Assembly (NCBI GenBank): GCA_035420565.1
Contig: DAOLVF010000002.1
Coordinates: forward strand, 5,896-69,895
Length of the DNA: 64,000 nt
DNA from: Spirochaetota bacterium
Lineage (GTDB): Bacteria; Spirochaetota; UBA4802; UB4802
Reading direction: 5' to 3'
The position numbers and the translations under genes were made by a program. The notes beneath the pieces were generated by a model. It was not told the DNA's origin. It made no database searches and saw nothing but the letters and a program-made list of their open reading frames with translations. Shown one piece after another: positions 31,695 to 41,144 of the stretch; positions within the stretch are counted from its first letter, which is position 1, and each line of letters begins with the position of its first letter.

Positions 31695-32321
31695 TGAAAT
31701 GGATCAATAAGGTGTAATGAAATCTTCAAGTAACTATCGCCTGCAATTCTTTATTACATAATTTATAAAACTATAAATGCATCCAATGCATCCGTTGAAC
31801 ATATACAACTATTATTATACGTTATTTGAAATCAATAATTTTATCAACAAATTAACCTGAATTTATCACTATTGGGTTTACCATGCTTTTTGATACAATG
31901 AAAGCCATTGCAACAATTTCAACACAATGTTTTTAATAGTTTCAATAAATAGAAGGATTAAATATAATTATTTGTTATATATTATAACAACATATTATAT
32001 AAATAATATATTTTTTTATTTTAATATAAAAAAATATTTGACATAAAATGAATAGTAATTTCTTATCGTAAAAGTTTACTATTAGATAATAAAAAACTGC
32101 ATCAATACATTATAGTTTATTTTGGCTACACTAACTGGTAATTGTAAGAGTAATTACTCTATCAGTAAAACGATTATGATGTAGCGGAATACCTTTGAAG
32201 GATATATTATTATCTTTTAAAAAAGAAAAACATTGGGTTGGGTGTAGCCAAAATTTTTGTTTTATTTTTTTTTGCACTACTCACCAGAAAAAACTTAATA
32301 CCTTATCCCAACGGGATGGAA

Positions 32322-32945
32322 TCATATAGTATCAGAGGTAAATGGTCCTCCATCCAATACAAAAAAACCATACTCGGCAAAAAGGTTGGGCATAATAGGT
32401 ATTGTTACTGAATGAGAACGAATGGTTGAAAAATGCATTTCTTTTTTTATAGGATAACCAAACGCATTGCAAAAATCTCTGAAGTCCTTAATTGTTAAAA
32501 GATGTATATTCGGTGTTTCATACCATTCATAGGGTAATAATTTATTTTTCGGCATTCGGCCATAGATTGAAATATACAACCTCAGGCTATAATGGGCAAA
32601 GTTAGGAAAACTGAAGATAGCATTTAATGATATACGAAGCGATTCGCGTATAACAATCTCTGGTTTTTTTGTACTTTGCAACGTCTGATTAACAATCACA
32701 TAATCAAATGAATTGTCTTTATAATCGTTTAACCCTTCATCGATGTCGCCCTGATAACAGTACAATCCTTTTTCAACACATTGGCTTACACCTTCCGGTG
32801 AGATTTCAACACCAAATCCTTTAACTTTTCTTGTAGTTTGTAGCAACTTCAACAACTGACCATCACCACATCCTAAATCAAGCACCCGTGCACCATATGG
32901 AATCTCTTTTAGAATCAAATCATATGCAACCCTGTATTCCTTCAT
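32322..32945 (-). CDS. metW: methionine biosynthesis protein MetW (SAM-MTase-fold partner of MetX)
   Basis: VLDLGCGDGQLLKLL motif, about 200 aa, immediately downstream of metX with an overlapping stop/start. Confidence 0.75.
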   Translation of the reverse strand: MKEYRVAYDLILKEIPYGARVLDLGCGDGQLLKLLQTTRKVKGFGVEISPEGVSQCVEKGLYCYQGDIDEGLNDYKDNSFDYVIVNQTLQSTKKPEIVIRESLRISLNAIFSFPNFAHYSLRLYISIYGRMPKNKLLPYEWYETPNIHLLTIKDFRDFCNAFGYPIKKEMHFSTIRSHSVTIPIMPNLFAEYGFFVLDGGPFTSDTI

Positions 32946-34105
32946 TACCGGTGAACCTTTTCAAACTCCCGTTTTAAAAAATTAGCTATATTATGCTCCA
33001 ATTGTTCATGTGGCAGTAGAAATGTATCATGCCCTTTATCACTCTGTATTTCGGTAAAAATAACATTTTTGCTGTTCATACGCAACGCTCTAACAATCTC
33101 GCGCGATTGTGAAGTTGGGTATAACCAGTCAGAAGAAAAACTTATAACAAGGTAATTAGAATTTACATTAACAAAAGCATTAGCCAGATCACCATTAAAA
33201 TCATTCTTCAAATCAAAATAATCAATAGCTTTTGTGATATACAGATATGAGTTAGCATCAAATCTCTGAACAAAATCATTCCCTTTATGGTGAAGGTATG
33301 ACTCAACTTCAAACTCAAGATCCAGGTGAAATTTAAAAATATCTGAATGTTGCAATCTTCTGCCAAATTTTTCGTGCATCAGCTTCTCGCTCAGGTAGGT
33401 TATATGTCCAATCATACGCGCAAGTGATAGTCCATTCTTAGGATTTTCATTGTTATAATATTTACCATAATTCCAGTTGGGATCAAGCATAATTGCCTGT
33501 CTGCCAACTTCATTGAATGCTATTCCCTGTGCCGAAAGAGACGCTGCCGTTGCAATTGCTACTACAGACTGCACCATCTCAGGATATGATATTGACCATT
33601 GCAATGCCTGCATCCCACCCATTGAACCTCCAACAACTGATAAAAGCTTTTGTATCCCCAAAAATTTAATTAAATGATATTGCGCATTTACCATATCCTG
33701 AATAGTGACAATGGGAAAATCCAAACCATATTCTTTTCCCGTTTCAGGATTAATGGATGATGGACCGGTTGAACCGCTGCATCCGCCAATAACATTGGAA
33801 CAAATAACAAAATAGTGTGATGTATCAAAAGTTTTACCGGGACCAATATAAATATCCCACCAACCCGGATATATATCTTTTTTTGAATGGTATCCTGCCG
33901 CATGTGCTGAACCTGAAAGGGCATGAAGTATTAATATGGCATTACTTTTGTCACTGTTAAGAGTACCGTATGTTTCATAGGCTAATGTTATTGGCCCAAG
34001 TTTTTTCCCTGAAACCAATAACAATTCATCAGGTGGCTCAGCAAAAGTGAAATAATTAGTAGTAACGATACCAGCCGAATTTCCAGGTATTATCTCCGCT
34101 TTCAT
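32945..34105 (-). CDS. metX: homoserine O-acetyltransferase
   Basis: Alpha/beta hydrolase with [12 protein letters not shown] nucleophile elbow. Full-length MetX similarity. Confidence 0.9.
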   Translation of the reverse strand: MKAEIIPGNSAGIVTTNYFTFAEPPDELLLVSGKKLGPITLAYETYGTLNSDKSNAILILHALSGSAHAAGYHSKKDIYPGWWDIYIGPGKTFDTSHYFVICSNVIGGCSGSTGPSSINPETGKEYGLDFPIVTIQDMVNAQYHLIKFLGIQKLLSVVGGSMGGMQALQWSISYPEMVQSVVAIATAASLSAQGIAFNEVGRQAIMLDPNWNYGKYYNNENPKNGLSLARMIGHITYLSEKLMHEKFGRRLQHSDIFKFHLDLEFEVESYLHHKGNDFVQRFDANSYLYITKAIDYFDLKNDFNGDLANAFVNVNSNYLVISFSSDWLYPTSQSREIVRALRMNSKNVIFTEIQSDKGHDTFLLPHEQLEHNIANFLKREFEKVHR

Positions 34106-34130
34106 CTAAGTAAATAATCAACTCCCCCTT

Positions 34131-34290
34131 AAAATAAAAAAACGCTTACCGGAAGATCGTGTAAGCGGATACTTATTGCTATCTCATCTCCCGGAATATC
34201 TTCCGCTGGAATTGGCACCGGCTTTTCGTTCCGGTTGCCGTGGTTTCACAGGGCCAGTCCCTCTACCACTCTTGATAAGATAGTACGATT
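34131..34290 (-). promoter_or_regulatory. SAM-I (S-box) riboswitch with intrinsic terminator in the metX-metW leader
   Basis: Minus-strand sequence CUUAUCAAGAGUGGUAGAGGGACUGGCCCUGUGAAACCACGGCAACC...GGUGCCAAUUCCAGC...GAGAUGAGAUAG matches S-box P1-P4 conserved elements. It is followed by CCGCUUAC-loop-GUAAGCG plus a U7 terminator, then the RBS AAGGGGGAG and the metX ATG. Confidence 0.85.
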
Positions 34291-34423
34291 ACTATTCTTT
34301 ATAATCGTGCTATATACAATGTATTACAACGATTAATACTATAAAAACTACAATTGATAATTAAATAAAAGTATAGCACATAAATGAAGCAGGGTAAATA
34401 ATTTTTTTGTTGATAGTTTTGCA

Positions 34424-34762
34424 TTAAAAACTTTGCAGGGCAGCATCTACGGAATTAAAAACTTTTATCATTGATGTTACTTTAGTAAGTTCCAGAACCT
34501 TTTGTACTTCCGGTGTTGGTGCTGCTAAGCGTAGTTGTGATTTCAAATTCTGATTAATATTTAAAAATATACCTATCCCCGAACTCGTTATCATTTTAAC
34601 ATCTGCAAGATCAACAACCAACCGTTTTATCCCTTTATTCACAATAGCTTGTTGCAATTTTTCTTTAAGGTCGGGAACATCAAGGGTATGAACCTCTTGC
34701 ATATTAATCTTTACAACAAATGTACCATTCCCTTTATCTGCCAATTCAATCATACTGTCCAC
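34424..34762 (-). CDS. STAS-domain anti-sigma-factor antagonist (SpoIIAA-like)
   Basis: 112 aa with the STAS pattern LVVDLADVKMITSSGIGIFL and a conserved Ser. Confidence 0.8.
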   Translation of the reverse strand: MDSMIELADKGNGTFVVKINMQEVHTLDVPDLKEKLQQAIVNKGIKRLVVDLADVKMITSSGIGIFLNINQNLKSQLRLAAPTPEVQKVLELTKVTSMIKVFNSVDAALQSF

Positions 34763-34953
34763 CTTTTACTTTTGTAGTATGAATTATTAAATTAATACTT
34801 AATAAACAGTAAATAATAGTACTATTTACATTTTCAAGTCAACAAAAAAATATTTAAAAAACTTTTTAGCTTGCCCTGAATAATCTTTGAACAGCCTTTA
34901 CAATGATGCATGTTTATTTGTGCGATAGTTATTGTGGAATGTACCTGTTAGTC

Positions 34954-35973
34954 TTAAACAGTTGTTATATTATTACTTTTTTTTATCCTTATCTGATTTG
35001 GTGATATTTTATAAAACTGTGTAAAATGCCTGTAAAAAGTTGCTAAATTGGCATAACCTACATCTAAAGCAATTTCAATTATTTTCCTATCAGTATTTGA
35101 CAATGTTTCCAATGCTTTCTTTAACCGTATATTTTTTATATATTCATTGATGGTAATTCCTTCATTGCTTTTAAAAATCTTGCAAAGATAATCAGGATTC
35201 ATCTCACATTGGAGTGCTATTGTATATTTATCAATTGGGTGGGTGTAGTATTCATTAATATGTTCTTTAATTATCTGAACAATTTTAAAATGTTTTTCAT
35301 ACATACCACAATAATTTTCCTGCTGAATTGCAATAAAATCCATGTCTTTATAGACATATACCTTCAATGCTATGACACATACTAAAACAACATTGACAAT
35401 GACAAGGATAGTCATACCCAATATTAAAACATGAAATAAAAATATTTTTGCTATACTTATCCACAAAAAAACAATTGTAATCACGATTATAAAAATAAAT
35501 TTTTCCTTTTCTGCAAATGGTTGCACACAGCTTGTTGCAGGTTTAGGTTTCACTGATATAAATACTAAGGATACCATACAATCAACAGTGCTTATTATTA
35601 ATTGCTCTTTTGGCGTCAAAAACACTATACTGACATAAACAAGAATACTTTTCCCAACAATACATTGCACTGCTCTATAGGATGAATCTGAATTATTTGA
35701 TGCATCTGGTAACACCATGAAAACTGCACTAAAACAAAACATCAACAGACAAAATAAAAAGAACGCATATTGCAAACTAAACGCAAATACATTAAAAGGA
35801 TAAATATACATTGCAGTCATTCCTGCATGGATTAAAAAATAAAAAAGAATTATTAAAAGTTCTTTATATTTTTTTATCCAGTAAATAATACCTACAACAA
35901 TTGCACAAAAACATAATACAGTAAATACTATAACGGGTAAATAAAAATAAATCAGTATATCTTTTATACTCAC
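34954..35973 (-). CDS. membrane-anchored AraC-family transcriptional regulator (N-terminal polytopic domain)
   Basis: Five to six N-terminal TM helices plus a C-terminal AraC HTH (LATFYRHFTQFYKISPNQIR). Confidence 0.75.
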   Translation of the reverse strand: MSIKDILIYFYLPVIVFTVLCFCAIVVGIIYWIKKYKELLIILFYFLIHAGMTAMYIYPFNVFAFSLQYAFFLFCLLMFCFSAVFMVLPDASNNSDSSYRAVQCIVGKSILVYVSIVFLTPKEQLIISTVDCMVSLVFISVKPKPATSCVQPFAEKEKFIFIIVITIVFLWISIAKIFLFHVLILGMTILVIVNVVLVCVIALKVYVYKDMDFIAIQQENYCGMYEKHFKIVQIIKEHINEYYTHPIDKYTIALQCEMNPDYLCKIFKSNEGITINEYIKNIRLKKALETLSNTDRKIIEIALDVGYANLATFYRHFTQFYKISPNQIRIKKSNNITTV

Positions 35974-36250
35974 AACAACCCTCCTCCAAAAAAATTACAA
36001 TATCGTGGTCTATGCCATCCCTCAGTGTGTTTGTATCGGAGTGATGCATCTTCACATTGCATTTATCTATTCATAGTCATTGCACAACCTATTACATTTT
36101 GGCAAAAATATCTTTTCTCTATCAACATGATTGCCATGATAGTTTTTATCCTCGAAATAACATTACCCTATCGTTTATCATATTTGTATAACAACAGCTC
36201 AATGTTTCTTCCCCACCCAAAAGAGCATATGGCTCCTCCGAAAATAGAAG

Positions 36251-36479
36251 TATGTGCCAATGTCATCCCAGACTTTGTCCGGAATCTCTTTTTCCACATT
36301 CGTCATTCCGGGCTTGCCACGGAATTTAAATATGTAATCTTAGAGCCTGAAATGATACTGAAACCGGTTCAGAACATTATTCAGGATGACACACCCCACA
36401 TTGTTATTCTGAGGAACGCAGCCCCGAAGAATCTATTCGTTTATAAAATGACGAGATTCTTCACTTCGTTCAGAATGAC
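36251..36479. repeat. MITE-like element copy D, full-length 229 bp
   Basis: TATGTGCCAATGTCATCC...TTCAGAATGAC. The same length and termini as copy E at 48885..49113. Composed of four GTCATYC...GAATCT hairpin modules. Confidence 0.7.
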
Positions 36480-36865
36480 TATCGGTTTCGCCTCAGCATG
36501 ACGATACTATGCAATTTTCATCCCCTACGGGTAGTCCATCGACAACTATCTCATAGAAGCACTCTATTGAACACTATATGTTGTATTCCACCTTGTGTGT
36601 ATATTGTTATACCATATTCCTTTGCTATACTTTTTTATTATATTAATTCATTCTGTTATTTTCTTATTGACCATAAACAAACTGTACAATGTGTCAATCA
36701 ATTATTTTATTTCATCGCATAGTTATAACAAATAGTTCTTTAAAAATATTGCAATGTTGGTAAAAAAATTATTGAAGAAAATACAATAATAGCGTAAGTG
36801 CAATGAAGTATTATTCAATTCCAGCAATAAATGAAAAAAGTTTACAATACCATAGGATAATCCAC

Positions 36866-38041
36866 ATGGAATTACACAAAAAAATCAATATCTTAATTAT
36901 AAATTATGAATTCCCACCGTTAGGTGGTGGCGGGGGTGTAGCAACCTATGATTTAGCCTTAGAGTGGGTAAAAGTTGCCAATGTACATATCATAACTTCC
37001 TCTTTCAAAGGTTTACCCCCATATGAATATATCAATGGGATACATGTCCATAGAGTTAAGATTTTATTTAGAAAGTCTCGTGATGCAGCAACATTTATCT
37101 CGATGTTTAGCTATTTACCAGCAGGTTTTATCAGAGCACTGTCGCTCTTTAAGAAATACAAATTTGACATTATCAATACACATTTTGTTGTTCCATCAGG
37201 ACCATTGGGATATGTGCTATCAAAGCTATTTAAAATCCCAAATGTCTTATCGCTTCATGGTGGTGATATTTATGACCCCAGTAAAAAATTTTCACCACAT
37301 CGCAATCGTTTCTTCAAATTAATAGTCCAATATCTTCTTAACAAGGCTGATGCTATCATAGCACAATCCTCAAATACTCGAAACAACGCCTTCCACTACT
37401 ATAAAATCAAAAAGGACATAGGCATAATACCTCTTGCTTTTCATCCTCCTGTTATACCAAAGAGCTCAAGGAAATTGTTAGGGCTGCATGAAAAAGATTT
37501 TATCTGTATAACAATTGGAAGGCTCATTAAACGAAAAGCAATTGATGTGTTGATTAAAGCAATAGCCCGGATTAATAATCAACATGTAAAATTGATTATC
37601 ATGGGTGATGGACCCGAACGTGAGTATCTTGAACAACTGGTCCAAGAATTGGCACTTGAAAACATTGTTACATTTTTAGGGTTTGTATCTGATGATAAAA
37701 AATATGCATACTTATCAGTATCCGACCTTTTTGTTTTAACATCATTGCACGAGGGGTTTGGGATTGTTTTTATGGAAGCGATGTATTGTGGACTGCCAAT
37801 TGTTACCACTAATTCCGGTGGGCAGGTTGATTTTTTAGAAAATGAACACAATGCCTTGCTGATTGATGTAGGCGACATACAAAAATGTGCAGAATGTATA
37901 ATGCGATTTAAAAATGATAAAAAGCTCTATGCTCAATGTTCAAAAAATAATAAAGCCAGAATTACAGCTTATTATGCCGAAAATGTAGCCAAGCAATATA
38001 TGGATATTTTTTATCAATTAGTGGATATGAATGAAAATTAA
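36866..38041 (+). CDS. family-4 glycosyltransferase (GT-B, RfaG-like)
   Basis: EFPPLGGGGGVATYDL N-terminus and the GT1/GT4 C-domain motif (LTSLHEGFGIVFMEAMYCGLPIVTTNSGG). Start at the second Met; the longer ORF begins at 36803. Confidence 0.8.
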   Translation: MELHKKINILIINYEFPPLGGGGGVATYDLALEWVKVANVHIITSSFKGLPPYEYINGIHVHRVKILFRKSRDAATFISMFSYLPAGFIRALSLFKKYKFDIINTHFVVPSGPLGYVLSKLFKIPNVLSLHGGDIYDPSKKFSPHRNRFFKLIVQYLLNKADAIIAQSSNTRNNAFHYYKIKKDIGIIPLAFHPPVIPKSSRKLLGLHEKDFICITIGRLIKRKAIDVLIKAIARINNQHVKLIIMGDGPEREYLEQLVQELALENIVTFLGFVSDDKKYAYLSVSDLFVLTSLHEGFGIVFMEAMYCGLPIVTTNSGGQVDFLENEHNALLIDVGDIQKCAECIMRFKNDKKLYAQCSKNNKARITAYYAENVAKQYMDIFYQLVDMNEN

Positions 38042-38678
38042 AACAGCACTTATTACCCGGAGTAAAGAACTGGTTTCAGAAGTACGACTGGTACAACCCC
38101 TGGATGCAAGCATTCACGGTTCAATTAATACTCTTAAAGATGAAGGATTTGATATAATACTTTTTGATAGTGAGCAGATCGACATAAGTGATGCACAATT
38201 TTATTTATCAAAAATACGAAAACGTTTTTCTCATGTACCGGTTATTCTCATCGTTCGTACAGGATACCTTGAGTCTATAAACAGGGATTGGTTTTTTGAT
38301 GATTTTATCATCTTCCCTTTCAGAAAAGGTGAGCTTAAGGTCAGGATAGACTGTTTAATAGGCTCTGAAATTGAAATAAAAGATGCAGTCATTAGAGTTG
38401 GAAATATAGCTATTGAACCTGACAAATACATTGTATCGGTTAACAATGAAAAAGTTTCATTAACATTTAAAGAGTTTGAATTGTTAAAACTTTTTATTGA
38501 AAATAAAGGAGTAGTTTTTACACGTCAGGAATTATTATCACGTATCTGGGGTATAGAGTATATTGGCGGTACACGCACTGTTGATGTTCACATCCGCCGT
38601 TTGCGGTCAAAAATAGGCGATGAATTCAATAATATTATTGAAACAGTGAGAAATGTTGGCTATAAGTGTAAGGATTGA
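38031..38678 (+). CDS. OmpR-family winged-helix regulator with an atypical (degenerate) receiver domain
   Basis: C-terminal trans_reg_C (TRQELLSRIWGIEYIGGTRTVDVHIRRLRSKIGDEF). The N-terminal receiver lacks the acidic DD pocket. Confidence 0.75.
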   Translation: MKIKTALITRSKELVSEVRLVQPLDASIHGSINTLKDEGFDIILFDSEQIDISDAQFYLSKIRKRFSHVPVILIVRTGYLESINRDWFFDDFIIFPFRKGELKVRIDCLIGSEIEIKDAVIRVGNIAIEPDKYIVSVNNEKVSLTFKEFELLKLFIENKGVVFTRQELLSRIWGIEYIGGTRTVDVHIRRLRSKIGDEFNNIIETVRNVGYKCKD

Positions 38679-38770
38679 TGAAAGAAATATGCTTGCCAAT
38701 CTACATGTTTTTTTCGTTAATGTAAAAAAACTTTATTAAGTTTTTGTAATCAGTTTTTTCAGGAGTAATT

Positions 38771-39259
38771 ATGAATCAGGTTAAAAAGATTGAAAAGATT
38801 TTAGAATCTGCTTTGAATGAGGATTTAACTTCATATTTTTTGCTCATTAAAGCTATGAGAAAACATTTACCCTTATTTGGTTCAACAAAAAGGATTACTG
38901 CAGCGCTTTTGAAAGAGTGCATCGGGGATATCTCAAAACTGGATTTATCTGAAATAACGTCATTAAACATGGCAAAATCTGACGGAACAATTGTCTTTGA
39001 AGATATTAAAAATGGAAAAGCACGTATATTTATAAATATTGGTAAGAATCATAAAATCACCCCTGGTGATCTTATCCGTGAGATATCAAAACGTTCGGGT
39101 ATTGATGGAAAACTGGTTGGTAAAATTGATATACATTCCACTTATTCGTTTATTGAGATACCAGAACAATATGCTGAACTTGTATTAGTATCACTTGATA
39201 AAGCAAGGATTAAAGGTATTCCTATCGTAGTAGAACCAGCAAAAAAGAAAAAACAATGA
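38771..39259 (+). CDS. DbpA-type RNA-binding domain protein (no helicase core)
   Basis: C-terminal FINIGKNHKITPGDLIREI...GKIDIHSTYSFIEIPEQYAELVL...KGIPIVVE resembles the DbpA RNA-binding domain. 162 aa, no DEAD motifs. Confidence 0.55.
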   Translation: MNQVKKIEKILESALNEDLTSYFLLIKAMRKHLPLFGSTKRITAALLKECIGDISKLDLSEITSLNMAKSDGTIVFEDIKNGKARIFINIGKNHKITPGDLIREISKRSGIDGKLVGKIDIHSTYSFIEIPEQYAELVLVSLDKARIKGIPIVVEPAKKKKQ

Positions 39260-39264
39260 GATAA

Positions 39265-40068
39265 ATGATACCTTTACTATGTCCAATCTGCAAGGACTCA
39301 CGATCAAAACAAATTGCAAACGATATTTTTTTATGCAAACCATGTAAAATATTGTTTAACAATGCATATCAACCATCACCTTATACTGCTGATTATTTTG
39401 GTGAAGACTACAAGAATCAGTACGGAAAAACATACGAAGATGATCATGACGCAATATACACTGCTTCATTACTGAGAATAGAAAAAATAAAAAAATTACT
39501 GAATAATAATCTGTCCGAAAAGAGTCTTCTTGATATAGGATGCGCATTAGGTTTTTTTTGTAAGGCAGCTAAAGACAGTGGTTTTCAATTCGTTGAAGGA
39601 ATAGAAATATCAGAATATGCAGCACAATATTGTAAGGAAAAGTTTTCCATATCAGTTACTACAGTTGATTTTGAAAAGTTCCTGACAGCTAAAAAATATG
39701 ATGTTATAACGGCGTGGTATGTTATGGAGCATTTTGCTAATCCTTTTGCAATGTTTCAAAAAGTATATTCGATGTTACATAATGATGGTATTTTTGCATG
39801 CACGTTACCATCATATTTTGGACCATTGTTTTATTGTCACAGAGATATCTGGATTAAAAATCACCCCCCAGACCATAGAATTGATGTATCACCACGTGGT
39901 ATTACACGATTATTAAAAAACATGGGTTTTGTAAAAGTAAAGTGCTATCCTTCTGGATATCATCCTGAACGGTTTTGCTCTTTGGCATCAAAACATAAAA
40001 AAATATATATAAAACTATCTGATAGTATTTGTTTTTCAGATACTATCATGGTAATAGCAAAAAAGTAA
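39265..40068 (+). CDS. class I SAM-dependent methyltransferase with an N-terminal zinc ribbon
   Basis: CPICKDS...CKPCK zinc ribbon followed by the LLDIGCALGFF SAM motif. Confidence 0.7.
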   Translation: MIPLLCPICKDSRSKQIANDIFLCKPCKILFNNAYQPSPYTADYFGEDYKNQYGKTYEDDHDAIYTASLLRIEKIKKLLNNNLSEKSLLDIGCALGFFCKAAKDSGFQFVEGIEISEYAAQYCKEKFSISVTTVDFEKFLTAKKYDVITAWYVMEHFANPFAMFQKVYSMLHNDGIFACTLPSYFGPLFYCHRDIWIKNHPPDHRIDVSPRGITRLLKNMGFVKVKCYPSGYHPERFCSLASKHKKIYIKLSDSICFSDTIMVIAKK

Positions 40069-40266
40069 TATAATAAATTCTTGACATAGACATTCTAAAA
40101 AATAAAATTGTAATTTTGTTATGTTTATTTACAAATTTGTGCTATTATTAAAAAGCTATAATTGATATTATCAATTTAACATATTAATTATTAATAAAAT
40201 ACTTACTTATCGAATATTTAACTGCGAAACTGTATCGTACTATTTTCATAATAATGAGGTGGAATA

Positions 40267-40425
40267 ATGAAAAGAACATTTCAACCAAGTGTAATCAAGC
40301 GATTACGAACACATGGATTTAGAGAAAGGATGAGTACCAAAGCTGGAAGAGAAATACTGAAAAGAAGAAGACAGAAGGGACGTTGTAAACTAACTGTGTC
40401 AGATGAAAAACGTAATGTAAAGTAG
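40267..40425 (+). CDS. rpmH: 50S ribosomal protein L34
   Basis: 52-aa ORF, too short for the ORF track: [44 protein letters not shown], the canonical L34 sequence. RBS GAGGTGG. Confidence 0.9.
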   Translation: MKRTFQPSVIKRLRTHGFRERMSTKAGREILKRRRQKGRCKLTVSDEKRNVK

Positions 40426-40432
40426 CATATAT

Positions 40433-40816
40433 TTGTATAATTATTTTCCGGTGAAAAGGAGATATTCAATAAAAGGGCGGAGGAGTTTTAAAGATGTTAT
40501 TGTTAATGGCAGACGATTTTATAGTAAAGGTATACGAATGATAGTGCATATACAACCAGCACATGAAACATTGTTTATTGGGAATGAGTCAGTTTCACAT
40601 TTTTCCATAGCTGTTAATAAAAATTTTGGGGATGCAGTTGAACGTAACAAAATCAGAAGAAGAATAAAATCTATACTTAATACTCTTTTGCCTCAGATAC
40701 AACAGGGTTTTGCTGTTATTATTTTTCCTGATAAAACCTGTAAGGCAATGCCATATACTCACCTTTCAGGTTTGGTAAAACAATTGTTGCTTAGATCAGG
40801 AGTGCTCAAACAATGA
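40433..40816 (+). CDS. rnpA: ribonuclease P protein component
   Basis: Basic protein with RNR motif [11 protein letters not shown], directly after rpmH. The start codon is non-ATG (TTG at 40433 or GTG at 40451), so the 5' end is uncertain. Confidence 0.8.
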   Translation: MYNYFPVKRRYSIKGRRSFKDVIVNGRRFYSKGIRMIVHIQPAHETLFIGNESVSHFSIAVNKNFGDAVERNKIRRRIKSILNTLLPQIQQGFAVIIFPDKTCKAMPYTHLSGLVKQLLLRSGVLKQ

Positions 40817-41034
40817 AGATAAATATTATTTCATTGCCAATATTATTGATAAAAATGTATAAGCTTATTATTTCACCATTGTTACCCAATGTTTGCAGAT
40901 TTTATCCAACATGTTCAAGCTATGCAATAGAAGCATTGAGCAAACATGGACTCTGTAAAGGTGGTTTTTTATCAATCAAGCGGATACTACGCTGTCATCC
41001 ATATTGTGACGGTGGGTATGATCCTGTTCCTTAG
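40813..41034 (+). CDS. yidD: membrane protein insertion efficiency factor YidD
   Basis: [27 protein letters not shown]...[14 protein letters not shown], the canonical YidD motif. Confidence 0.9.
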   Translation: MKINIISLPILLIKMYKLIISPLLPNVCRFYPTCSSYAIEALSKHGLCKGGFLSIKRILRCHPYCDGGYDPVP

Positions 41035-41144
41035 CACAATTCTTGACAGTTACCCCTCATATCACTCCTTTTCACCTATTATAATATTTCAATAATAGTC
41101 ATATTTTTTTATTTTATATCTAGAAAGTTAAACAAGAGGTTGTT

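Noticed and set aside
40070-40266. Possible oriC next to rpmH
   Set aside because: No cluster of DnaA boxes (TTATCCACA) and no dnaA. Only isolated matches occur, inside nrdD and the araC-like gene.
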